Shown here one piece after another: positions 15,193-21,414 of a DNA stretch of 64,000 nt. The stretch lies in sequence record LC494302.1. One strand, 5' to 3'. Position numbers and translations under genes: made by a program. The notes under the pieces are model-generated. The model ran no database searches. It saw only the letters and a program-made list of their open reading frames with translations, and was not told the origin of the DNA. How positions within the stretch are numbered: position 1 is the first letter of the stretch; every line of letters starts with the position of its first letter. Source of the DNA: Escherichia phage SP27.

Positions 15193-15534
15193 ATGACTAT
15201 CTCAATTGCTCAATCTAACTTTGAAAACGAAATCATCGCCCAGGCACTGCGTTTAAATGATGGTCGGGCCGAAATCAATTACGGTTTCAATTCAGGCGGT
15301 TGTGAAAAATATCAGTACTTTATAACTGCTGATGGCTGTGTCCTGGGCATCAATACAGTTATTGTAAACATCCAAAAAATTAATTTCAATGATCCAGACG
15401 ATAGCCAGTTTTACATCACTGGCGTAGACGTGAACTATGAGGATGACTCACTAACTGATGATCACACTGGCGAGCGGTTAGAAAGTGCATACGGTGAAGA
15501 TGATTATCAGTCCGGTCCAGAAGATTTCGAATAA
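15193..15534 (+). CDS. hypothetical protein (acidic C-terminus)
   Basis: 113 aa; SD AAGGAA; MTISIAQSNFENE. Confidence 0.85.
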   Translation: MTISIAQSNFENEIIAQALRLNDGRAEINYGFNSGGCEKYQYFITADGCVLGINTVIVNIQKINFNDPDDSQFYITGVDVNYEDDSLTDDHTGERLESAYGEDDYQSGPEDFE

Positions 15535-15548
15535 TATAAAAAAATAGT

Positions 15549-15607
15549 TTGACAATAGATTATAGTACTGTATAATGTTTTACATGAAGGGGAGAATAGT
15601 TCTCCCC
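15549..15607 (+). promoter_or_regulatory. early promoter + 5' hairpin cassette
   Basis: TTGACA 15549-15554 /16/ TATAAT 15571-15576; hairpin GGGGAGAA-TAG-TTCTCCCC 15589-15607. Confidence 0.75.
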
Positions 15608-15627
15608 ACTAACAGAGAGAAAACAAA

Positions 15628-15840
15628 ATGGCTAATATCCGGTCGAAATTAAAAAATGCAAAACAAGTTTTATTTTCAGATCATGAATACTTTAATAAAG
15701 ATATTACAGGAGTTACAAGTATCAAGGAAGTAAAAGAAAAAACCGGCGTTTTGTGTGATGTGCGATTAGTTGGAACATTTGGGAATAACGTGCTATATCG
15801 CTGCGGTGATTACAATTTTACACTGACTATCATTAACTAA
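15628..15840 (+). CDS. hypothetical protein
   Basis: 70 aa; SD AGAGAGA; MANIRSKLKNAKQ. Confidence 0.8.
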   Translation: MANIRSKLKNAKQVLFSDHEYFNKDITGVTSIKEVKEKTGVLCDVRLVGTFGNNVLYRCGDYNFTLTIIN

Positions 15841-15868
15841 AAATATTATCACAGTACTATCAAAGCTA

Positions 15869-15897
15869 TTGACAATGATTGATAGTACTGGCATAAT
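15869..15897 (+). promoter_or_regulatory. type-B promoter flanked by AGTACT inverted repeat
   Basis: TTGACA 15869-15874 /17/ CATAAT 15892-15897; CAGTACTATC upstream, GATAGTACTGG in spacer. Confidence 0.7.
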
Positions 15898-15932
15898 AAC
15901 TTTTATCAACTACACTACTAAGGAATTAAAAA

Positions 15933-16112
15933 ATGGCTATCATCGCAAAAACTGAAATCGTTGGTCTGGATTCTATCATCATGACGTTTGAAGATCAAAA
16001 AGGTATGTATGTAGTTTCCTATGGTGATTATGTTCGGGAGTATGAAACGGTAGACGAAGCCTTTGAAAGTTATATTCGCCAGGTGAATAAAGCATACGAC
16101 GACTACCGCTAA
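15933..16112 (+). CDS. small hypothetical protein
   Basis: 59 aa, below track cutoff; hand-translated MAIIAKTEIVGLDSIIMTFEDQKGMYVVSYGDYVREYETVDEAFESYIRQVNKAYDDYR; SD AAGGAA. Confidence 0.65.
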   Translation: MAIIAKTEIVGLDSIIMTFEDQKGMYVVSYGDYVREYETVDEAFESYIRQVNKAYDDYR

Positions 16113-16139
16113 AATATATTACCAGTACTATTAAATCTA

Positions 16140-16167
16140 TTGACAATGTTTGATAGTACTGTATAAT
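16140..16167 (+). promoter_or_regulatory. type-B promoter flanked by AGTACT inverted repeat
   Basis: TTGACA 16140-16145 /16/ TATAAT 16162-16167. Confidence 0.7.
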
Positions 16168-16211
16168 AAGTTTTATAAACAGTAGTTAACTTAACCTAAG
16201 AGAGAAATAAA

Positions 16212-16355
16212 ATGATCGCACTGGATTCATTCATCGACGCAGTACTGGCAAAAACTGGCGAGGATCTGACCGCAGAACAATACGCGATGATCGAACAATG
16301 TCAACAGGACGGTAAATCGGTGAAAGATACTGTTAAGATTATCCGCAAGATGTAA
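16212..16355 (+). CDS. small hypothetical protein
   Basis: 47 aa, below track cutoff; hand-translated MIALDSFIDAVLAKTGEDLTAEQYAMIEQCQQDGKSVKDTVKIIRKM; SD AAGAGAGA. Confidence 0.6.
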   Translation: MIALDSFIDAVLAKTGEDLTAEQYAMIEQCQQDGKSVKDTVKIIRKM

Positions 16356-16361
16356 GATTAT

Positions 16362-16390
16362 AGCCCACTGGTTAACGCTGGTGGGCTTTA
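16362..16390 (+). terminator. terminator-like hairpin (short T tract)
   Basis: AGCCCAC 16362-16368 / GTGGGCT 16381-16387 then TTTAATT. Confidence 0.55.
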
Positions 16391-16460
16391 ATTCATCACC
16401 CTATACAATGCCAGTACTCAACCGTTTATCTCGTTAGAATGCGTTACAGGACGTTTAACA

Positions 16461-16658
16461 ATGATTAGCATGAAATCAGTACAAAAACAAATAGAAACAT
16501 TATCAAAAATTAAACGTAAACAGTACTCCTTAGAATATACAATCAATGGTAACTATCATCTAATGAAAGAGAATAATTTTATAGTCATTGATGAATCATT
16601 GCAAATCATTAGTATAGTACTGAAAGCATTAATCAATGACAGAAAAAAATTAAAATAA
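16461..16658 (+). CDS. hypothetical protein
   Basis: 65 aa; AT-rich; weak SD; preceded by CGTTAGAATGCG motif. Confidence 0.5.
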   Translation: MISMKSVQKQIETLSKIKRKQYSLEYTINGNYHLMKENNFIVIDESLQIISIVLKALINDRKKLK

Positions 16659-16662
16659 TCTA

Positions 16663-16750
16663 TTGACAATATCATCCAGTACTGGCATAATACTTACACC
16701 AAGACGAGAACGTCACTAACCCATAGGGTGCACAAATGTAACTGTATAAT
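16663..16750 (+). ncRNA. short promoter-driven noncoding unit (unit h)
   Basis: TTGACA 16663-16668 /17/ CATAAT 16686-16691; CACCAAGACGAGAACGTCACTAACCCATAGGGTGCACAAATGTAACTG. Confidence 0.45.
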
Positions 16751-16753
16751 ATT

Positions 16754-16784
16754 GATCAAAAAATGATCTGATCAATACTTGATC
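16754..16784. repeat. GATC / TGATCA cluster
   Basis: GATC at 16754, 16765, 16770, 16781 (three as TGATCA) within 31 bp. Confidence 0.8.
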
Positions 16785-16989
16785 AATTTGCGTAAAGTAG
16801 TATAATTCTATGCAGTTGGTTAGACGAAAGGTTATGATTAGTAGTGCAAGTGTATAAAAATTTTCATGGTGTATCGTTCCGCACATATGGGGATGAATAT
16901 GTGGTATCATGTGGATTGGAAAAAGTAAGAACAAGTAATATTATTGTCGCATTACAGTACTATAGTATTTTTATAATGAGGTTAAAATA

Positions 16990-17247
16990 ATGGCTGTAGG
17001 ATTCGCGAAAGATGGGGCCGAACAAGACGAGATTAACGCAGTGATTCAGGCTGCCGTTAACCACGCTAGAAAGCAAATTAACGCACAAATAGAATCACTG
17101 ATACATTGCCTCGACTGCGGCGATATAATCCCTGAGAAACGACGCCAGGCCGTTAAGGGATGTAAGTACTGCATAACTTGCCAGGAGGATCATGATAGTA
17201 CTTTTAAACGTCCCCCGCGTAATTGTTGGCATAGATCTATGAGATAA
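16990..17247 (+). CDS. TraR/DksA-family C4 zinc-finger protein
   Basis: 85 aa; CLDCGDIIPEKRRQAVKGCKYCITCQE matches the C-x2-C-G-x2-IP-x2-RR ... C-x2-CQ pattern of TraR/DksA-type proteins; SD GAGG. Confidence 0.8.
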   Translation: MAVGFAKDGAEQDEINAVIQAAVNHARKQINAQIESLIHCLDCGDIIPEKRRQAVKGCKYCITCQEDHDSTFKRPPRNCWHRSMR

Positions 17248-17253
17248 AAAGTA

Positions 17254-17281
17254 TTGACAGTACTGAAAGATAGTTTATAAT
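17254..17281 (+). promoter_or_regulatory. sigma70-like promoter
   Basis: TTGACA 17254-17259 /16/ TATAAT 17276-17281. Confidence 0.7.
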
Positions 17282-17310
17282 ATTTTATATCTTAACTGAG
17301 GATTGAAATC

Positions 17311-17667
17311 ATGGGAATACAACATATCACGCGTACTACTGACAATGGCGAGATCACTGGCTATCAAGTACAGGGCAAAGTAGCACAATTGCAGTACTGG
17401 TTTGTTAAACGTGGAATCATTGCACCGGATCTTGATTATGACCGTGTAGCGTTTATTGATTCTCTTTATGTTGATCCTGATAGTCGGGGCAATGGTGAAG
17501 GTAACGAATTAATGAATGCCTTTATTGATGCCGCCGATGATTCAGATTGTATCATCTTAGAATGCGATACGGGAGAAGATAACGCCTTTAATCTTAAAGA
17601 ATGGTACGAAGGTTTCGGATTCGAGGTATTGATAGATAGTGAATATCCTATCATGATTTTATCATAG
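17311..17667 (+). CDS. small GNAT-like N-acetyltransferase (putative)
   Basis: 118 aa; LYVDPDSRGNGEGNELMNAF resembles GNAT motif A (R-G-x-G-x-G), WYEGFGFE resembles the C-terminal FYxxxGF element. Confidence 0.6.
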   Translation: MGIQHITRTTDNGEITGYQVQGKVAQLQYWFVKRGIIAPDLDYDRVAFIDSLYVDPDSRGNGEGNELMNAFIDAADDSDCIILECDTGEDNAFNLKEWYEGFGFEVLIDSEYPIMILS

Positions 17668-17670
17668 TAC

Positions 17671-17728
17671 TTGCATTTAGTTTTCAGTACTGTTATAGTA
17701 CTTACATCAAGGGGAAACATCTTCCCCT
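17671..17728 (+). promoter_or_regulatory. early promoter + 5' hairpin cassette
   Basis: TTGCAT 17671-17676 /17/ TATAGT 17694-17699; hairpin AGGGGAA-ACATC-TTCCCCT 17710-17728. Confidence 0.7.
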
Positions 17729-17745
17729 ACTAAGAGGAAATGAAA

Positions 17746-17934
17746 ATGGAAAACTTATCAAGTATTTTAGTACAAGATGATTTCGGTAATCCTGGAAGTG
17801 CTATCATTGTTCGGGGCAATAAAGCAACGTTTGTTATTGCTGGTGGACCCGTACAGCGTAGCATTAAAAATAATGCTGTTACCATTAATAATGTACGCTA
17901 TCGCTTAGATAAAGAATTAATTCATAAACTGTAA
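17746..17934 (+). CDS. hypothetical protein
   Basis: 62 aa from MENLSSILVQDD; SD GAGG 17734-17737 is 8 nt from ATG 17746 and only 2 nt from ATG 17740. Confidence 0.7.
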   Translation: MENLSSILVQDDFGNPGSAIIVRGNKATFVIAGGPVQRSIKNNAVTINNVRYRLDKELIHKL

Positions 17935-17961
17935 TATTAATTTAATAGAGGATAACAATAA

Positions 17962-18285
17962 ATGTACATTCATACTACTATCACAAAGGAAGTCCGTTGC
18001 CAGTTCGAAAGTATTCCGGGCGTATGTTTCATCACTGGTACGTTTTCCCCTGGTGATCGTGATAATCCAGTACTGTTACAATTACGCCATCCATCATGGG
18101 ATAAAGCATTTGATCTACCGTTGAATGAATTCGCAACTACTGCTGAAAAGTACATTAAAAATATTCGCGAGAATGATCGACTATTCATTAATGCTTTTAG
18201 TGATTCCGCGTTAAGCGAGATCCACGGCGTATTGGTTGCAATCATGGAATCAATGCAGAAAACTAAATTCAAACAAGGTGAATAA
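17962..18285 (+). CDS. hypothetical protein
   Basis: 107 aa; SD AGAGGA; MYIHTTITKEVRCQ. Confidence 0.8.
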   Translation: MYIHTTITKEVRCQFESIPGVCFITGTFSPGDRDNPVLLQLRHPSWDKAFDLPLNEFATTAEKYIKNIRENDRLFINAFSDSALSEIHGVLVAIMESMQKTKFKQGE

Positions 18286-18291
18286 AAACTA

Positions 18292-18351
18292 TTGACAATA
18301 GATTATAGTACTGTATAATAAGTTACATGAAGGGGAGAAATGATTCTCCCC
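18292..18351 (+). promoter_or_regulatory. early promoter + 5' hairpin cassette
   Basis: TTGACA 18292-18297 /16/ TATAAT 18314-18319; hairpin GGGGAGAA-ATGA-TTCTCCCC 18332-18351. Confidence 0.75.
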
Positions 18352-18368
18352 ACTGAGAGGAAAGAAAA

Positions 18369-18581
18369 ATGCAAGGTCAACTAATCGTTCGTAAATGGTC
18401 TGATACTAACGAAAAACCGTGGGATGTACAATACATCGGACCGGATGGGGTATCACGTTATCAGCCTGGCGTAACGCATAGTACTGAGCAATATGCCGCC
18501 GCTCACCGCGAACGCCTGTTAGAATCCATGAAACAGGGATTCTGTGAAAAATTCATTCAAGATCATTGGCTGAAAGATTAA
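18369..18581 (+). CDS. hypothetical protein
   Basis: 70 aa; SD GAGAGGAAA; MQGQLIVRKWSDT. Confidence 0.8.
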   Translation: MQGQLIVRKWSDTNEKPWDVQYIGPDGVSRYQPGVTHSTEQYAAAHRERLLESMKQGFCEKFIQDHWLKD

Positions 18582-18598
18582 TAGAAGGAGTACAGCTT

Positions 18599-18691
18599 AT
18601 GCAAATGAATCCGATGATTATTGTTTTAGCTGTACTTATGATCATTCATGCAATTGTAGAAGTATTAACGCAATCAGGAGTAATAAAATGA
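18599..18691 (+). CDS. 30-aa hydrophobic peptide (single TM helix)
   Basis: SD GAAGGAG 18584-18590; hand-translated MQMNPMIIVLAVLMIIHAIVEVLTQSGVIK. Confidence 0.5.
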   Translation: MQMNPMIIVLAVLMIIHAIVEVLTQSGVIK

Positions 18692-18861
18692 TTCAAGTAG
18701 AATTATCAGTACTGAAAGATCTGTTTTATCGGTTAGGTACTACTGGAGAGTATCCTAAAAGTGATACCGCAAAACTTTTTGTATCACTCGATTTATGGCA
18801 ACGCGAACAATTAGTAATGTCCTGGCGTAAAGGTAAAGCAGATAGCGAGGTGAAAGCATGA
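18688..18861 (+). CDS. small hypothetical protein
   Basis: 57 aa, below track cutoff; ATGA overlap; MIQVELSVLKDLFYRLGTTGEYPKSD... Confidence 0.55.
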   Translation: MIQVELSVLKDLFYRLGTTGEYPKSDTAKLFVSLDLWQREQLVMSWRKGKADSEVKA

Positions 18862-19007
18862 AAGAATTCTTATTCGAAGTAGTGTTTCAAGGTGTCGGTA
18901 GTAATCAATTGATTCGCTCAAGTGGTTACAATGTTAACCAGGCATGGAATAACATTAAACAAATGTACCCGAACGCTATCACATATCGCAACCCAAAAGA
19001 AGTTTAA
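18858..19007 (+). CDS. small hypothetical protein
   Basis: 49 aa, below track cutoff; ATGA overlap; MKEFLFEVVFQGVGSNQLIRSSGYNVNQAWNNIKQMYPNAITYRNPKEV. Confidence 0.55.
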   Translation: MKEFLFEVVFQGVGSNQLIRSSGYNVNQAWNNIKQMYPNAITYRNPKEV

Positions 19008-19015
19008 AAATAATT

Positions 19016-19105
19016 GAAAAAGGGATTGACTCCGGTCAGTCCCTTTGCTATTATATACGCATAGAAACAAATCAGCCCACCGGGTGCATAAATGTATCTA
19101 TTGTT
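19016..19105 (+). ncRNA. short promoter-driven noncoding unit (unit i), promoter embedded in terminator-like hairpin
   Basis: GGGATTGAC-TCCG-GTCAGTCCC holds TTGACT 19026-19031 /17/ TATTAT 19049-19054; CATAGAAACAAATCAGCCCACCGGGTGCATAAATGTATCTATTG. Confidence 0.45.
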
Positions 19106-19145
19106 TGCTGGTGGCTAGTACTGAAAACTATTTTTAAAAAAGTAC

Positions 19146-19173
19146 TTGCATTGTACTTAGAATCAAGTATAAT
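19146..19173 (+). promoter_or_regulatory. early promoter (upstream of conserved leader)
   Basis: TTGCAT 19146-19151 /16/ TATAAT 19168-19173. Confidence 0.7.
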
Positions 19174-19179
19174 GTTTTA

Positions 19180-19260
19180 CATCAGGACGGGGAACGAAAC
19201 AAGTAACCCCGTTAAGTAGTCCAGGAGTAAGACATACGAAAAACTCCCCTGATAAAATAG
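19180..19260 (+). ncRNA. conserved leader or short RNA of about 80 nt between tandem promoters (copy 2)
   Basis: Near-identical to 8204-8287; stem ACGGGG...CCCCGT; no ATG. Confidence 0.45.
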
Positions 19261-19261
19261 T

Positions 19262-19289
19262 TTGACAATAGAAAGTAAACGAGTATAAT
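19262..19289 (+). promoter_or_regulatory. sigma70-like promoter
   Basis: TTGACA 19262-19267 /16/ TATAAT 19284-19289. Confidence 0.7.
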
Positions 19290-19322
19290 ACTTACATCAA
19301 CCACTGATAAGGAAACATAAAA

Positions 19323-19598
19323 ATGCGGATTCTACTGACAGCTAACGAAATCGAACAAGTACTGACTACTAACCTGGAAGACTGGAAACGTGAAGCAGAT
19401 ATCCAGGCGGTTCAATGGTTAAATGATAAGTTAACGCCGGATGACTTAAGCAAGATTGTAGATCCTCAATTCTACGAAGATATCCACGACACCGCGTTAA
19501 GCGTCGAGGATGTACTAGATAAGCACTTTATTGATACTGATTTGCAGGTTTACGGTCGTAAAAACTTTATCACTATTCACGACATTTACAATAATTAA
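19323..19598 (+). CDS. hypothetical protein
   Basis: 91 aa; SD AAGGAA; acidic; MRILLTANEIEQVL. Confidence 0.8.
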   Translation: MRILLTANEIEQVLTTNLEDWKREADIQAVQWLNDKLTPDDLSKIVDPQFYEDIHDTALSVEDVLDKHFIDTDLQVYGRKNFITIHDIYNN

Positions 19599-19601
19599 GT
19601 A

Positions 19602-19663
19602 TTGACAAAGTATCTTAGTACTGTATAATAGTTTACATCGAGTGAGGGGAAACGGTTCCCCTC
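19602..19663 (+). promoter_or_regulatory. early promoter + 5' hairpin cassette
   Basis: TTGACA 19602-19607 /16/ TATAAT 19624-19629; hairpin GAGGGGAA-ACGG-TTCCCCTC 19644-19663. Confidence 0.75.
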
Positions 19664-19686
19664 CTAACAAAGAGAGAGAAATAAAA

Positions 19687-19869
19687 ATGGCTAAGTGCAC
19701 TATCTGCAAGAAAGAAATAGTATTAGTTCCAAGTGCCCGTGAACGTGCCGCTCGGTTCGGTGGCAAAGCGTCAGACTATACAAAAATGTTTACTGCCCAT
19801 ACAGCTTGCCAGGTAGCAAAACGTTCACAAGAAAGCGTAGAATTAATGCGTAAACTTTCCAAAAAATAA
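19687..19869 (+). CDS. small protein with C-x2-C ... H-x2-C pattern
   Basis: 60 aa from MAKCTICKKEIVLVPS ... FTAHTACQVAK; SD AGAGAGAGA; track start 19642 lies in hairpin. Confidence 0.75.
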   Translation: MAKCTICKKEIVLVPSARERAARFGGKASDYTKMFTAHTACQVAKRSQESVELMRKLSKK

Positions 19870-19872
19870 GTA

Positions 19873-19933
19873 TTGACAAAGTATCTTAGTACTGTATAAT
19901 AGTTTACATCAAGTGAGGGGAATGGTTCCCCTC
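19873..19933 (+). promoter_or_regulatory. early promoter + 5' hairpin cassette (near-duplicate of 19602-19663)
   Basis: TTGACA 19873-19878 /16/ TATAAT 19895-19900; hairpin GAGGGGAA-TGG-TTCCCCTC 19915-19933. Confidence 0.75.
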
Positions 19934-19956
19934 CTAACTAAAAGAGAGAAATAAAA

Positions 19957-20280
19957 ATGGCTATGATCCTTGCCCAGAAAGTAGAATTGAAAATTGTAAC
20001 CTCCTTTGACATTAACGTTAATCGGTGGACTGATTCACACGGCAATACTTACCACTCTTGCTACGTGTCTGCGTTAATTGGCGACCGCTGGGAAGACCTG
20101 GGACACGAAACCTTTACATACGGTTACGGTACACAAGGCGAATACACGGGCTTGGAGATCATTAAAGAAACCGTTATAGGTTTCAACCCGAAAGAAAAAG
20201 TTATTCACCGCATCGAGGAAGAGATCAACAAAGAAATAACAGTTCGCTACCACGATGTAAAACGTAAGAAAGACATGTAA
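19957..20280 (+). CDS. hypothetical protein (paralog of 13074..13418)
   Basis: 107 aa; GNTYHS ... YGYG ... DVKRKKDM. Confidence 0.85.
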   Translation: MAMILAQKVELKIVTSFDINVNRWTDSHGNTYHSCYVSALIGDRWEDLGHETFTYGYGTQGEYTGLEIIKETVIGFNPKEKVIHRIEEEINKEITVRYHDVKRKKDM

Positions 20281-20302
20281 TAGAATCCATTTAAAGTACT
20301 AT

Positions 20303-20331
20303 TTGACATTGCCCAGATAGTACTTTATAAT
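20303..20331 (+). promoter_or_regulatory. promoter with AGTACT inverted repeat
   Basis: AGTACTA-TTGACA 20303-20308 /17/ TATAAT 20326-20331, GATAGTACT in spacer. Confidence 0.7.
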
Positions 20332-20375
20332 AGACTCTAACTTGTAGTACTAACTCAACTAATAGGATGTATACC

Positions 20376-20771
20376 ATGATTACTAAATTCTACGCTACCC
20401 GTGAAGCTGCCCGTATTGTTGCACGCGAGGAAGGCGAAACATTTAAAGACATGGGCAAAGATGCACCGAAAGGTCAACGCTGGGCCGTACAGTTCAAAGA
20501 GATCTCTGATATTGTGAATTCACCGGAGCCAGTACTAACAGCAGCAGAACTAAAACGAGCGGATTTACTGGCGTCAATACTTGATGCACAAGATGAGTTT
20601 ATCGCTGATTCTGATATCAAAGTACAGACAAACCACACCGCTTGGACTCACGCGGATCACCTGGCAAACCTTAAGCGTCCAAGTGAACTGATTCGCAACC
20701 AGAAAGAGATCCGACACGACCGTAAGGGTAATCGTGTAACAGTATACAGTAAACGCCGCCAGGTTATCTAA
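20376..20771 (+). CDS. hypothetical protein (paralog of 7335..7601)
   Basis: 131 aa from MITKFYATREAARIVAREEGETFKDMG; SD AGGA 7 nt upstream; alternative ATG at 20367. Confidence 0.8.
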   Translation: MITKFYATREAARIVAREEGETFKDMGKDAPKGQRWAVQFKEISDIVNSPEPVLTAAELKRADLLASILDAQDEFIADSDIKVQTNHTAWTHADHLANLKRPSELIRNQKEIRHDRKGNRVTVYSKRRQVI

Positions 20772-20793
20772 TAACTTGCAGTACTAACAACAC

Positions 20794-20818
20794 GGCGGGA
20801 TCAGTTCCCGCCTTTTTT
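20794..20818 (+). terminator. intrinsic terminator
   Basis: GGCGGGA 20794-20800 / TCCCGCC 20806-20812 then TTTTTT. Confidence 0.85.
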
Positions 20819-20832
20819 ATAGGACAAACAAA

Positions 20833-21087
20833 ATGATTAAGGTTCAACTATATAAAGATAACATCTTACGGGTACACTATAAAGCACCTCAGAGAATCAT
20901 CACAAAGGCCGTACAGCTTGCAAATGAGTTTATTAATGGTAACCTATTACCTAGGAAGTTAAGCAACGGGAAACTGCGTGTAATCGACGTGGACACTAAC
21001 AACAGGATAGTAATCGAGAACACAGGAAAGATAAACCTTTATGAGCATCAACAATACAATAAGAAAATAAAACTAATATCACGTTGA
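20833..21087 (+). CDS. hypothetical protein
   Basis: 84 aa; SD AGGA; MIKVQLYKDNILRV. Confidence 0.75.
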   Translation: MIKVQLYKDNILRVHYKAPQRIITKAVQLANEFINGNLLPRKLSNGKLRVIDVDTNNRIVIENTGKINLYEHQQYNKKIKLISR

Positions 21088-21112
21088 CAGTACTCAAATG
21101 TTTTAGTACTAT
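21084..21112 (+). promoter_or_regulatory. sigma70-like promoter
   Basis: TTGACA 21084-21089 /17/ TACTAT 21107-21112. Confidence 0.6.
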
Positions 21113-21140
21113 ATGTACATACCAACACGGGGGAAACAAA

Positions 21141-21383
21141 ATGATTACTTTAGAAAAACGTATCAAAGAAACTACATCGCTGGTGGAACTGTTAACAGTA
21201 CTCAAATGTAAAACAACACCATTCAGCACGCCGGACTTTATTAATATGGTTGATGTTAATGGTCGCTATCGTATCACGGTCGAACAAGGAGCGGCGAAAG
21301 TATTCAGTACTAAAAACACGAAGGAAGTGATCCACGCCGTTAATGTTAAAAAAGTAGTTGCCATTGATAGTAAAGTACTGTAA
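21141..21383 (+). CDS. hypothetical protein
   Basis: 80 aa from MITLEKRIKETTS; SD GGGGGAA; track start 21084 coincides with the -35 element. Confidence 0.75.
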   Translation: MITLEKRIKETTSLVELLTVLKCKTTPFSTPDFINMVDVNGRYRITVEQGAAKVFSTKNTKEVIHAVNVKKVVAIDSKVL

Positions 21384-21414
21384 GATAGTTACATTAACTC
21401 AAGGAGAACATGCA

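Noticed and set aside
16716-16934. 72-aa His/Met-rich minus ORF, and a 19-aa + ORF (MVYRSAHMGMNMWYHVDWKK), in the gap before the TraR-like gene
   Set aside because: Neither has an SD or a promoter in the proper position. The region is better described as untranslated DNA containing the GATC cluster. The peptide-level oddity is probably accidental.
16944-16977. TATAAT at 16972-16977 as the promoter of the TraR-like gene
   Set aside because: A start 7 nt downstream would remove the GAGG SD (16978-16981) from the mRNA, and no acceptable -35 lies at 16-18 nt. The promoter of this gene remains unidentified.
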